DNA of 64,000 bases, from NCBI GenBank assembly GCA_963719125.1, contig CAVRAT010000015.1, forward strand, positions 77,782 to 141,781. Reading direction: 5' to 3'. Positions 9,041 through 17,035 of the stretch are shown here, piece after piece. Source of the DNA: an uncultured Acidimicrobiaceae bacterium (GTDB lineage: Bacteria > Actinomycetota > Acidimicrobiia > Acidimicrobiales > Bog-793). The stretch's first letter is position 1; every line of letters starts with the position of its first letter. The translations under genes and the position numbers were made by a program. The notes under the pieces were generated by a model that saw only the letters and a list, made by a program, of their open reading frames with translations, ran no database searches and was not told the DNA's origin.

Positions 9041-10279
9041 ACGGCCGGGCAGCGGGGGGCAGTAGCCGCCGCGGTCCAAGAGTGCGAGGGCGATCAGGTG
9101 CTCGGGATCGCGGAACCCGAACGCCATGCGGTGGAGCACGCGCAGCTTCGTGTTCGTCGACTCGACGAGCGCGTTCGAGACCTTGTGCAGCATCGCCGCC
9201 TCGATGCCCGGGAGGTGGCGGCGGATCTTCCGGCCGAGCTCGACGAACGCGGTGATGCGGCAACGCTGTGCCCAGGCGAGCCACTCGTCGAGCATCGTGA
9301 GCGAAAGCACGCCCTTTCGCCTGATCGCGAGACGGAGCTGCTCTTTCATCAGGTAGGCCCGATAGAGGGGCGAGTTCGTCTTCGCGATGGTCGCGAGCTT
9401 CCCCCGCTGGCGACGCGTCAGGTCCTCTGGGTTCTTCCAGAGGGCGAAACGCGCCCCCTTCAGCTCGCGCGCGTGCTCGGTCATGCCGGATCGGCGAGCG
9501 GAGTTCCAAACGTCGCGTCGCACCTCGTCGAGGGCGTCGGTCGCCCACTGAACGACATGAAACGCGTCGATGCATAGCGTCGCGTTCAAGCAGCGCTCTC
9601 GCACGACATCCGCGATCCACTCCGCTCCGTCCGCGGAGACGACGGTGATCCCGGCACAGCGTTCTTCGCCGACAAGGTCGAAGAAGCCCCGGAGCGTCTT
9701 CTTGTCCCGACCGACCGCCGCCCAGACGAGGCGACCCGAATCGTGATCCACCACCACCGTCAAGTACCGGTGGCGGCGCTTGTAGCTGATCTCGTCGATG
9801 CCGATGCGGCGCAGACCACAGAAGGGGTCGTGCGCCGCGCGTCCATCCGCGACGACGCGGGCGATGACCGAGCCGACCGTGCGCCAGGCGATGCGCATCA
9901 AGTCAGAGACAGCGGACTTCGGGGTGTGGGTGACGAGCCAGGCGACCTGGTCGTCGAAGTGCCGGGTGTGGCCCGCGCCGTGCCGCGCCCAGGGGACCTG
10001 GGCGACCGTCGGGCCGTGGGCGGGGCAGTTCACTCGCGGCGAGTCCGCCTCCAGGTAGCACTGGACGGTCCCGAGGTCGAGCGCTCGCCATCGTCGACGA
10101 CCCTCGCCCTGGTCATAGCCGGGAGCGCGCACCCCGCAGCGCCCACAACGACGCTTTGTCGACTTGCGCGGCCGGACGTGCGCGACCACGGCGTTCAGCT
10201 CCTCGTCGACCTCGACCGACTCGATCACCGTCGCCTTGTCGACACCGACCATCCGCCGCCACACATCGGCACCGAACAA
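9011..10279 (-). CDS. ISL3-family transposase
   Basis: zf-ISL3 signature ..RRCGRCG..GYD..RRWRALDLG.., then ..IGIDEISYKRRHRYLTVVVD.. and a DDE_Tnp_ISL3-like C-terminus. Confidence 0.9.
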   Translation of the reverse strand: MFGADVWRRMVGVDKATVIESVEVDEELNAVVAHVRPRKSTKRRCGRCGVRAPGYDQGEGRRRWRALDLGTVQCYLEADSPRVNCPAHGPTVAQVPWARHGAGHTRHFDDQVAWLVTHTPKSAVSDLMRIAWRTVGSVIARVVADGRAAHDPFCGLRRIGIDEISYKRRHRYLTVVVDHDSGRLVWAAVGRDKKTLRGFFDLVGEERCAGITVVSADGAEWIADVVRERCLNATLCIDAFHVVQWATDALDEVRRDVWNSARRSGMTEHARELKGARFALWKNPEDLTRRQRGKLATIAKTNSPLYRAYLMKEQLRLAIRRKGVLSLTMLDEWLAWAQRCRITAFVELGRKIRRHLPGIEAAMLHKVSNALVESTNTKLRVLHRMAFGFRDPEHLIALALLDRGGYCPPLPGRSSPALAPLS

Positions 10280-10393
10280 TGCCGTTCTCCTCGCCTCGTT
10301 TTCACGTCGCCGAACGGAGGGAGAACGTAGCCACGAGGTGGCGTTGCGTGCCTTTCAGCTGCTCAGAATGCCCACGGATCGGACACAAGAGCC

Positions 10394-10401
10394 ACAAAGA
10401 C
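10394..10401. repeat. Right copy of 8-bp TSD (ACAAAGAC) of the ISL3 element
   Basis: Identical to 8306-8313. Joining across it restores ..GPLQLSLFDEVNF.. in frame. Confidence 0.8.
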
Positions 10402-11303
10402 AGCTGTAACGGGCCGTTGTCTTGGGCGAGAGCTCTTATCTGCGGGGCACGCAGGGCGCTCACCCAGTCGAGCCCTCCGAGGCTTTTCAGTTCCTCGATG
10501 CGGGCGTTGGTGATCATGCCCCGGTCGCCGACGACGACGATCTCTTTTAGGGAAAAACGCTCCAGCACGGCCTTTAGCACGGCGGAGAAGGACTTCGGAT
10601 CGGCGGTGTTGCCTTCGAAGACCTCGATCGCAAGCGGGAGCCCGTCGCTATTGGCGATCACCCCGTACTCGATCTGGCGCTTTCCCCGCTTGCCGTCCCG
10701 GTTGTGGCCGAATGCTGCGAGCTCGTTGTGGGAGCCCTCGACATAAGAAGAGCTGAGGTCATAGCAAAGAATCGAGCCGTCGCCCAGATGCGAGGCGACG
10801 AGGGAGCCTTCGATGGCGTCCTTCTTCTCTAACAGCCAGTCCATCGCCTCGTAGCACTCATCAGAAGAGAGCCGTTCCAAGGCGAGGTCCACTGACAGGG
10901 TCGTGTTCAAGACCGCCCTCGTGTAGGCGAGCTTTGAGTCCGGCTCGATCACTTGGCCGACGAGCAGGGCGAGCGCTACGTCACGCTGGCGGCAAGGCGC
11001 GCCGAAAAGCTCATAGATGCCCGTCTTCTTCGCCATCTCGAAGACCAAGGCGGCACCACCGTGAAAAAGCGAGCGCTTGATGGCGATCGCCTCGCCGGCA
11101 GGCACGAACCTGTCGCCCGCAAGGCCACGGCGGACGAGCTCTAGGACCTCTTCGGGCAGGTGGCTCAAATTGGCGAGGGTCTCGTTGCGCACCTTGCCAT
11201 TTTCCCTATAGGAGCGCCGGAGCAGCTGCGTTTCGTAGAGCTTGCCTTTGTACTGTCGACGGATCGTGGCCACGTGCATCGCCCCACCACGCCGCACTGT
11301 CAT
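10394..11303 (-). pseudogene. IS1634-family transposase, N-terminal fragment
   Basis: MHVATIRRQYKGKLYETQLLRRSYRENGKVRNETLANL..CYDLSSSYVEG..GHNRDGKRGKRQIEYG..VVGDRGM. The true start is possibly the ATG at 11279. Confidence 0.8.
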
Positions 11304-11426
11304 GGCATAACTCTACCTCTAACCGGTCATGATTACCAGCATCTTCTGTCTACGTCTGGAAGGAGAAACAGAGCTGGACTCGCTGCTCAGGAGACAGAAA
11401 GCTCGTTAGAGCGGACTTAACTTCCG

Positions 11427-11432
11427 TTTAAG
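11427..11432. repeat. Right copy of 6-bp TSD (TTTAAG) of the IS1634-family element
   Basis: Identical to 7398-7403 and occupies the same codon phase in both istA fragments. Confidence 0.7.
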
Positions 11433-11874
11433 CGGCGACCGATGAACTGGTGTGGGATCGAGTAGAGCGCCTTGTCCACCTCGACGTGGAAGTCACGGTG
11501 CACCTTCGGCTCTGACCAGCGCGGGATGTCGAACGGTGTGCCCGGAAGAGCCAGGAGCTTGCCGAGTTCCTCGAGCCTGAACTCCTCGGCAGGCCGGCAC
11601 TGGGTCGTGCCGTGGATGCGCATGCCGGCGGTCTGTTTGCACCATGTCTCGGCACGTTCCCGGCAGTCGGTGAGGTCGACGAAGCTCTCACCGGCGAAGA
11701 AGTTCCTCCGCACGTAGGGCACGACGCGTTCCACCCGAGGCTTGTCGGTCGGCGTGGCGACGCGGGCGGCGTCGATCACAAAGCCCCGTGCCTGCGCGTA
11801 CTCGAGGAACGTGTCGTTGAAGCGAGGGGCGGTGTTCTCCGCCTCGATGACGATCGAGCTCATGTTGTCCGGAT
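11427..11874 (-). pseudogene. istA: istA middle fragment (end of the integrase core)
   Basis: PDNMSSIVIEAENTAPRFNDTFLEYAQARGFVIDAARV..DKPRVER..RIHGTT..YSIPHQFIGRRL matches the IstA catalytic-core to C-terminal transition. Confidence 0.8.
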
Positions 11875-11900
11875 TCTGTGCCCGACCGCGTTATGTGGCC
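11875..11900. repeat. RIT left terminal inverted repeat (26 bp)
   Basis: TCTGTGCCCGACCGCGTTATGTGGCC is the exact reverse complement of 15301-15326. Confidence 0.9.
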
Positions 11901-11958
11901 GATGACGACGATGTCCATCGATGACGCGGACTCTCTGCCGTCACCGGCCACATAACGG

Positions 11959-12969
11959 TCAGAGCGACGAGAGCCAATCGAGTAGTGATTCGTCCGAGCG
12001 CCAGACAGGACGAGAACGGGACCCCAGCGAAGAACCGGGAGGCTCCGTGTTCCGCAGCGCCTCGATCTTCGCTCGGGTGTTGATCTCGGCGTAGCGGTTT
12101 GTCGTGGTGAGATCGGCGTGTCCGAGCCAACCTCGGATGACGTTCACCTCCACACCGGCCTCGAGGAGATGAACCGCCGCGGTGTGGCGGAACAGGTGAG
12201 GGCTCACCCGGCGCTCGGAGCGAGCGTCGTCGAGGTGACCGACATGCCGCCGCACGATCTTGTAGATTCCGAAGCGCGTGAGTGGCGCACCGGTCGCCGA
12301 GGTGAACACGGGAGCGTCTGCCGCGCACGGCCTATTCGACGTGATGAGCAGCTGGTCGAGTAGAACCGTGGTCTCGCGCCAAAGCGGGCAGGTTCGCCAC
12401 TTGTCACCCTTGCCGTGGAGCCGAACAAGTCCTGCCTCACCAAGATCGACGTGGCCGACGCGGAGATCGGCGACCTCCTGCACCCGTGCCCCAGTGTTGT
12501 AGAGGAAGAGCAGCAGGCCGCGGTCCCGGAGAGCGAGTCGACCGGATTGCGGGAGGTCGCGAAACAGCGCCTCGATCTCGTCCCGCTCGAGGTAGTGGGT
12601 TTCAGCCGGCGCAGCACGCTTCGCTGGGATGGCCGCGACCCGCTGACAGATCCCGAGCATCTCCGGTTCCCGACTGGCGATGTACTCGAACAGCGTGTGC
12701 AGCACGGCCAGTCGCTGGTTGCGGGTGCGGACGTGATTGTGCCGATCTCCTTCCAGGTAGCGGAGGAACCCAAGGCAGCTCTCGAAGTTCAGGTCCTCGA
12801 GGCGGAGCTTGGTGATCTTCACCTTCTTGTCGCTGGCCACGAAGCACAGGAAGAGCCGGATGGTGTCCCGGTAGCTGCGCACAGTCGCCGGACGGAGTCC
12901 CTTCACCGCGATGAGATGATCGACGAAGAAGGAGTGGACGACCGGTCCGAGCGGTGTCGACCCGCTCAT
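11959..12969 (-). CDS. ritC: Tyrosine recombinase, third gene of the trio
   Basis: N-terminal SAM-like domain plus catalytic ..TGARVQEV.. / HLFRHTAAVHLL / LGHADLTTTNRYA (R..HxxR..H..Y). Confidence 0.9.
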   Translation of the reverse strand: MSGSTPLGPVVHSFFVDHLIAVKGLRPATVRSYRDTIRLFLCFVASDKKVKITKLRLEDLNFESCLGFLRYLEGDRHNHVRTRNQRLAVLHTLFEYIASREPEMLGICQRVAAIPAKRAAPAETHYLERDEIEALFRDLPQSGRLALRDRGLLLFLYNTGARVQEVADLRVGHVDLGEAGLVRLHGKGDKWRTCPLWRETTVLLDQLLITSNRPCAADAPVFTSATGAPLTRFGIYKIVRRHVGHLDDARSERRVSPHLFRHTAAVHLLEAGVEVNVIRGWLGHADLTTTNRYAEINTRAKIEALRNTEPPGSSLGSRSRPVWRSDESLLDWLSSL

Positions 12970-13919
12970 CGTCTGGCCTCACTCCACACCGGTTCGGTGA
13001 AGGCCTCGAAGCGCCTGTTCGCCTCGTCGATCAGCTGCGGCGTGATCGTGAGATAGACGGCGGTCGAGTCAGGGCTGACGTGGCCCATTAAGGTCGAGAG
13101 CCGGTACAGGCGGCTCTGCGGGTCCACCCCCTCCCGATACCAGCGCAACAGGCAGCCCACAGCAAAGGAATGACGGAGGCTGTGGAGCACGGGCGGGGAC
13201 ACGCCGTCGGGAACCGGAAGGCCGAGCGTCATGACGAGGCGGTGGAAGACCTGGCTCGCGCTCTGGGGATGGACGCTTCGCCGTCCGTCGAAGCTGAACA
13301 GCGGGTCGTCGGCGGTCCCATGGCGCCGTTCGACCTGGCAGGCGAGAACCTCACCGACGCGCGGACCGTGGGGAACGAGGCGGCTCTTGCCGAACTTGCC
13401 GCCGCGCACGACGAGCAGCTGACGGTCCGCGTCGACGTCGCTGATGAGGAGACTGCATGCCTCGCCGGCTCGCAGCCCGAGGCCGTAGCAGAGGGCGAAG
13501 ATGGCGTGGTAGGTGGACCCGCGGCCTCTCGCCCGCGCGTTGTCTGGAAGTGCCGCTGCGGCTTTGAGCAGCCGTCGCGCCTGGATGGTGTCGAAGAGGA
13601 ACGGCACACGCTGATCGGTCTCCCGTCGGCGGGTCCTTCGCAGCGGGGAGGCCACTAGGCGCTGTTGGCTGACCGCCCAGTCGAGGAAGCAGCCGAGGAC
13701 GTTAACGAGATGGTTGAAGCTGCGCGCTCGGGTCCGCGGTCGCGACGCGACGAAAACGTCGAGGAAGGCGGAGGTGAGCTCGTCCAGCTCGGTCACGCCG
13801 TGCTGATCGCAAAAGGCGAGAAACAGGTGAAGCGTCGCCTCCTCGGTCATGTACTTGCGACCGAGGGCGCGCTTGTGGGCAAGGAAGTCGCTGACGGTGG
13901 AGGCGAGCGCGGCGCTCAT
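12966..13919 (-). CDS. ritB: Tyrosine recombinase, second gene of the trio
   Basis: ..GLRAGEAC.. / HSLRHSFAV / MGHVSPDSTAVYL. ATGA overlaps with both neighbours. Confidence 0.9.
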   Translation of the reverse strand: MSAALASTVSDFLAHKRALGRKYMTEEATLHLFLAFCDQHGVTELDELTSAFLDVFVASRPRTRARSFNHLVNVLGCFLDWAVSQQRLVASPLRRTRRRETDQRVPFLFDTIQARRLLKAAAALPDNARARGRGSTYHAIFALCYGLGLRAGEACSLLISDVDADRQLLVVRGGKFGKSRLVPHGPRVGEVLACQVERRHGTADDPLFSFDGRRSVHPQSASQVFHRLVMTLGLPVPDGVSPPVLHSLRHSFAVGCLLRWYREGVDPQSRLYRLSTLMGHVSPDSTAVYLTITPQLIDEANRRFEAFTEPVWSEARR

Positions 13920-15184
13920 GCGAGCACCGCCTCGCCGTCACCGAGCGCGACCTCGCGGAGGCGCTCGATGGCGACCTTGGCGTAAACCTCGGTGGAGCGC
14001 GCCGAGCGATGCCCGATGAAGTCGCCGATCGTCTTGAGCGGGAAGTCCGCGTCGACGAGGCGCTGGACGGCCGAGTGACGCAGCGTGTGCGACCCCGGCC
14101 GGGGAACCTCGACGCCGGCACGCAGCAGGTAGGCGCGGCACAGCGACGACACCGCGGCCGCCCCGATCGGGCGCCGGGGCGCGACGGCGCGGAAGAAGAC
14201 GTGGCGATCGGACGTCGTCGGACGGCCATGCCGGAGGTAGTCGAGGATCGCCTCGCCGACCACGAGCGAGAGCGGGAACGCCGTGGAGTGACCGGCCTTG
14301 CGCTCGGGGACCCGGAGTCGGTCGTTCTTCCAGTCGATGTCGTCCAAACTGAGTGCCGCGACCTCCCGACCCCGCAGCCCGTAGGTGACGAGCAGGAGCA
14401 AGATCGCGTAGTCCCGCCGTCCCGCCTGGGTGCGACGGTCAACGCTGGCGAGCACCCGGTTGACGTCTTCCCAGGAGATCGAGCGGGGCACGTTCGAGAG
14501 CCGATACACCTGGGGCCACCCAACGGCGTTGGCGAGATCGGCATCGAGAACACCCTCGCGATGGGCGTAGCGCAAGAACACCCGGAGCACCCCGGCGCTG
14601 TCACGAACGGTGCTCTTCGCCAGCCCCGAGCCGGCGCGTTCGACGATGTAGGCGCTGAGGATCACTGGCGAAAGCTCGCCGATCGACTGGAGGCCGATCC
14701 GAGCGAGGTAGGCCTCGAAGCGGTCGAGGTGGTGGCGGTAGCCGTAGATCGAGGCGGGGCGCAGCCCGCGCTCTTCGACCAGGTAGTCGAAGAAGCCAGG
14801 AACGACGTCGACGAAGGGCTGGGGGTGAGGGCTCCGACCGGTTGGCTCGAAGCCGGGGAGCACCACCGAGAGCATCTGCTCGATCGGACCTCTCACCTCC
14901 TTCTCCATCGGTCTTGTTGAGCGGGTCCGTCGGTGATGGTCGGCGACGCGGTTGGTGATGAACGCGTCGACGTGGGCAGGCAACTCGCCGATAGTGTCCG
15001 CCCCACGCGCCCGACCGAACTCAGCAAAGGCGAAGACGATCGGCACCCGGCGCCAGACGCTCTTCGTGCTGAAGCCTTCTTCGACGAGCCAGGTGACGTA
15101 GGCCTCGATCTCGGCCGCGATCCACGAACCGCGCAGGCGATCGATAGTCGCCGGCTTGATGAAGTACTCCTCCAACATGGACAA
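13916..15184 (-). CDS. ritA: Tyrosine recombinase, first gene of the trio
   Basis: 422 aa. ..GLRGREV.. / HTLRHSAVQ / IGHRSARSTEVYA. The long N-terminal extension is typical of the first RIT gene. Confidence 0.9.
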   Translation of the reverse strand: MSMLEEYFIKPATIDRLRGSWIAAEIEAYVTWLVEEGFSTKSVWRRVPIVFAFAEFGRARGADTIGELPAHVDAFITNRVADHHRRTRSTRPMEKEVRGPIEQMLSVVLPGFEPTGRSPHPQPFVDVVPGFFDYLVEERGLRPASIYGYRHHLDRFEAYLARIGLQSIGELSPVILSAYIVERAGSGLAKSTVRDSAGVLRVFLRYAHREGVLDADLANAVGWPQVYRLSNVPRSISWEDVNRVLASVDRRTQAGRRDYAILLLLVTYGLRGREVAALSLDDIDWKNDRLRVPERKAGHSTAFPLSLVVGEAILDYLRHGRPTTSDRHVFFRAVAPRRPIGAAAVSSLCRAYLLRAGVEVPRPGSHTLRHSAVQRLVDADFPLKTIGDFIGHRSARSTEVYAKVAIERLREVALGDGEAVLA

Positions 15185-15300
15185 CCTCCTGTCTCTTTGT
15201 GATCTGAAACAGGAGCCTGTTGGAAACCACCGGCGTTATGTGGCGCAGAGTGACTGGAGCGGGTCGTTCACTAGGAAGCTGTCAGAGCGAGTGCCGGCGC

Positions 15301-15326
15301 GGCCACATAACGCGGTCGGGCACAGA
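15301..15326. repeat. RIT right terminal inverted repeat (26 bp)
   Basis: GGCCACATAACGCGGTCGGGCACAGA is the exact reverse complement of 11875-11900. Confidence 0.9.
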
Positions 15327-16000
15327 ACTGCGAAAATGTTCCGCGGAACATTTTCGGGGATGACGACCGGAAAGATCCCGCCGAAGAACCACCAGGCGGC
15401 CTCGAAGCCTTTGATCACCTCTTTGGTGGTCTGGAGAAACGTCGGCCACACGAACTGATGGCGGCTGTAGCACGCCGTGAAGATGAGCCCCCAGCACACA
15501 CGGCGATGCTCGCCGTCGGCCACGAGCCCGAGACGGCCGAAGTCGACCTGGACCTCGATACCAGGCGGCGGGTCGTCGACCCGCACCGTCGTCTTGCGCC
15601 TGCCAGCACCACAGCGCTCGACGGCAAAGCGCGCCAAGGTGCGGTGCGGGACCTCGATGCCGCGGCGACCAAGCAGTATCCCGATCTTGACGACGGTGAG
15701 GCCGTCGTCCACCCACTTGGTGATCTCGTCTTCCTGGGCGAGCAGAACCCGCCAAGCCTCTCCGTGGCCGTCGGGCCGGTGCGGGCGAACCCGTTCCACC
15801 ATCTGGCCGATCAGCTTGTCGGTGAGCTGCTCCTCGCCACCTGAGCGGTCGAGCCCGAGCTCGATCGCAGCTGAGATGTAGCGCCTCGCCGTCTTTCGGT
15901 CGATGCCGATCCCGTGAGCGATCGGGCGCTCACCCTCACCTTTCAGCCAGCGCCGAAGTGCCTCTTTGATCTGGACCACCGATACCTCCCTGAACGCCAT
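15327..16000 (-). pseudogene. istA: istA N-terminal fragment (HTH domains and start of the integrase core)
   Basis: MAFREVSVVQIKEALRRW..GIGIDRKTARRYI..VQVDFG..FTACYSRHQFV..FGGIFPVVIPEN, then homology is replaced by RIT end sequence. Confidence 0.85.
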
Positions 16001-16070
16001 CAGGCCTCCTCGGAAACGGCTTCGGAGGCCCAGCCGAATATCTCGTCGGCCGGGGGTGGTGGATGCTCAG

Positions 16071-16156
16071 GGTGGTCCCATGACTGGCAACGGAGGTGGT
16101 CCCATGCCGCTGGCAAAACTGGCGGCTAGGTGGTCCCATGTCGCTGGCAAACGACA
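16071..16156. repeat. IS21-family right terminal repeat block (3 direct copies of GGTGGTCCCATGnnGCTGGCAA)
   Basis: Copies at 16071-16090, 16095-16116 and 16129-16150. The terminus ..AACGACA ends at 16156. Confidence 0.8.
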
Positions 16157-16161
16157 GCCTT
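16157..16161. repeat. Right copy of 5-bp TSD (GCCTT) of the IS21-family element
   Basis: Matches 3213-3217. Confidence 0.6.
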
Positions 16162-16214
16162 TAGTTGCCCAGGCCTTGATGCTCGCCTTGTGGTGTGTTG
16201 TGCGAGCAATCGAA

Positions 16215-16445
16215 CTATTGGTCAGGCGACGCGCTCGTACTCATGAATGACGCCACCAAGGACGTTGTAGCAGCGAACCGTCCCAGCTCGTTGTGGCTTG
16301 CTGCGGGGCATCGGCGCGAGGAGCTTGAGCCCTCGATGTGGTCGGACCGTGTTTTAGGGCCGGACGTATTCGGCGACCACCGACTCCAGATGACCGCGGG
16401 AGACGACGAGGAGATGATCAAGGCAGTCCTCTCGAACGGTCCTCA
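16215..16445 (-). pseudogene. Integrase-core (rve-type) transposase, C-terminal remnant with an in-frame stop
   Basis: Minus-strand translation ..CLDHLLVVSRGHLESVVAEYVRP*NTVRPHRGL..RCYNVLGGVIHEYERVA resembles the conserved C-terminus of actinobacterial rve integrases. Confidence 0.5.
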
Positions 16446-16930
16446 CCCACCGCGCGGCGAAAGCGTTCGCCGAAGTCGACAGATTGGCCGGTTAACCAGA
16501 GGGTCGCGGCAAGCAGGAACGGCTCAACCGCTACATAAGAGAGGCGTTCTTGTCCGAGGCGACCCATCAGGGCATCTCCTCGCTCGAGGAGCTGAACGAC
16601 CTGTTCTTCGCCTGGCCGAACAGGTGGCCAACCGCCGCGTGCACGCAGCGACGAATAGACGCCGATTTCCCGCTTCGAGCGGACCGGCCCGCACCGCCAG
16701 GTTGATCCCGACCGGCTGAGAGAGGCCTTCAGCTGGTCAGTGACGAGGCGGGCTTCGTAGCAGCGATCATAGACGAGGATGCAGCCGGTCGGCGGGCAGG
16801 GATCTGCCCCGGCGAGGATCGGGCGGGCTGACAGACGAGCTGGCTGGACCCAGCTGACGCCCACGACGAGGCCGACATCGGCAAGCACTTTGTTGCGCCT
16901 CATCGTACGATTCATCGAGTGGCCGTTAGC
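16446..16930 (+). pseudogene. Mu-like/rve DDE transposase remnant, multiply frameshifted
   Basis: Pieces in different frames: ..GRGKQERLNRYIREAFL..GISSLEELNDLFFAW / AEQVANRRVHAATN / DPDRLREAFSWSVTRR. No intact ORF. Confidence 0.4.
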
Positions 16931-17035
16931 GGGAGGGGGACAGGCCCCCCTCCCGGCCTCCTCCCGGCGCGACAGCACTGAACGTTGAGGTAGTCGGGCC
17001 GGCAGAGCCGTCCCTCATGCGCTATCGCGTCGCGC

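Larger units (their letters stand above)
8314..10393 (-). mobile_element. ISL3-family insertion sequence carrying a passenger ORF
   Basis: IRs GGCTCTCCTGACTCTTCCGTGGG / GGCTCTTGTGTCCGATCCGTGGG (17 of 23; GGCTCT start is typical of ISL3). 8-bp TSD. Intact ISL3 transposase. Confidence 0.85.
7404..11426 (-). mobile_element. IS1634-family (IS4 superfamily) insertion sequence inserted in istA, itself interrupted by an ISL3 element
   Basis: Imperfect terminal IRs CGGAAGTTACGTC / CGGAAGTTAAGTC (13 of 16). Flanking TTTAAG duplication. Split IS1634-type transposase inside. About 1.94 kb after removal of the nested element. Confidence 0.8.
11875..15326 (-). mobile_element. Recombinase-in-trio (RIT) element
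   Basis: Three tandem, 4-bp-overlapping tyrosine recombinase genes bounded by a perfect 26-bp terminal inverted repeat. Inserted in istA. Confidence 0.85.
3218..16156 (-). mobile_element. IS21-family insertion sequence, disrupted by three nested secondary insertions
   Basis: Terminal inverted repeats TGTCG(C/T)TTGCCAG....GGGACCA at both ends. Multiple subterminal repeats. istA occurs in 3 collinear pieces and istB in 2 collinear pieces on the minus strand. Flanking GCCTT duplication. Confidence 0.85.

Noticed and set aside
13702-14920. Alternative-frame ORFs 13702-14604 (-) and 14009-14920 (+) within ritA
   Set aside because: They overlap an intact tyrosine recombinase gene with complete catalytic motifs. 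Their translations are Arg/Pro/Ser-rich nonsense.
16071-16150. CRISPR-like or tandem-repeat array (three copies of GGTGGTCCCATGnnGCTGGCAA), plus the short tandem repeats at 23089-23119 and 46204-46227
   Set aside because: The 16.1-kb repeats are mirrored at 3218-3270 and are the multi-copy terminal repeats of the IS21-family element. The other repeats have only two units. No cas genes are present and there is no regular repeat-spacer structure anywhere in the window.
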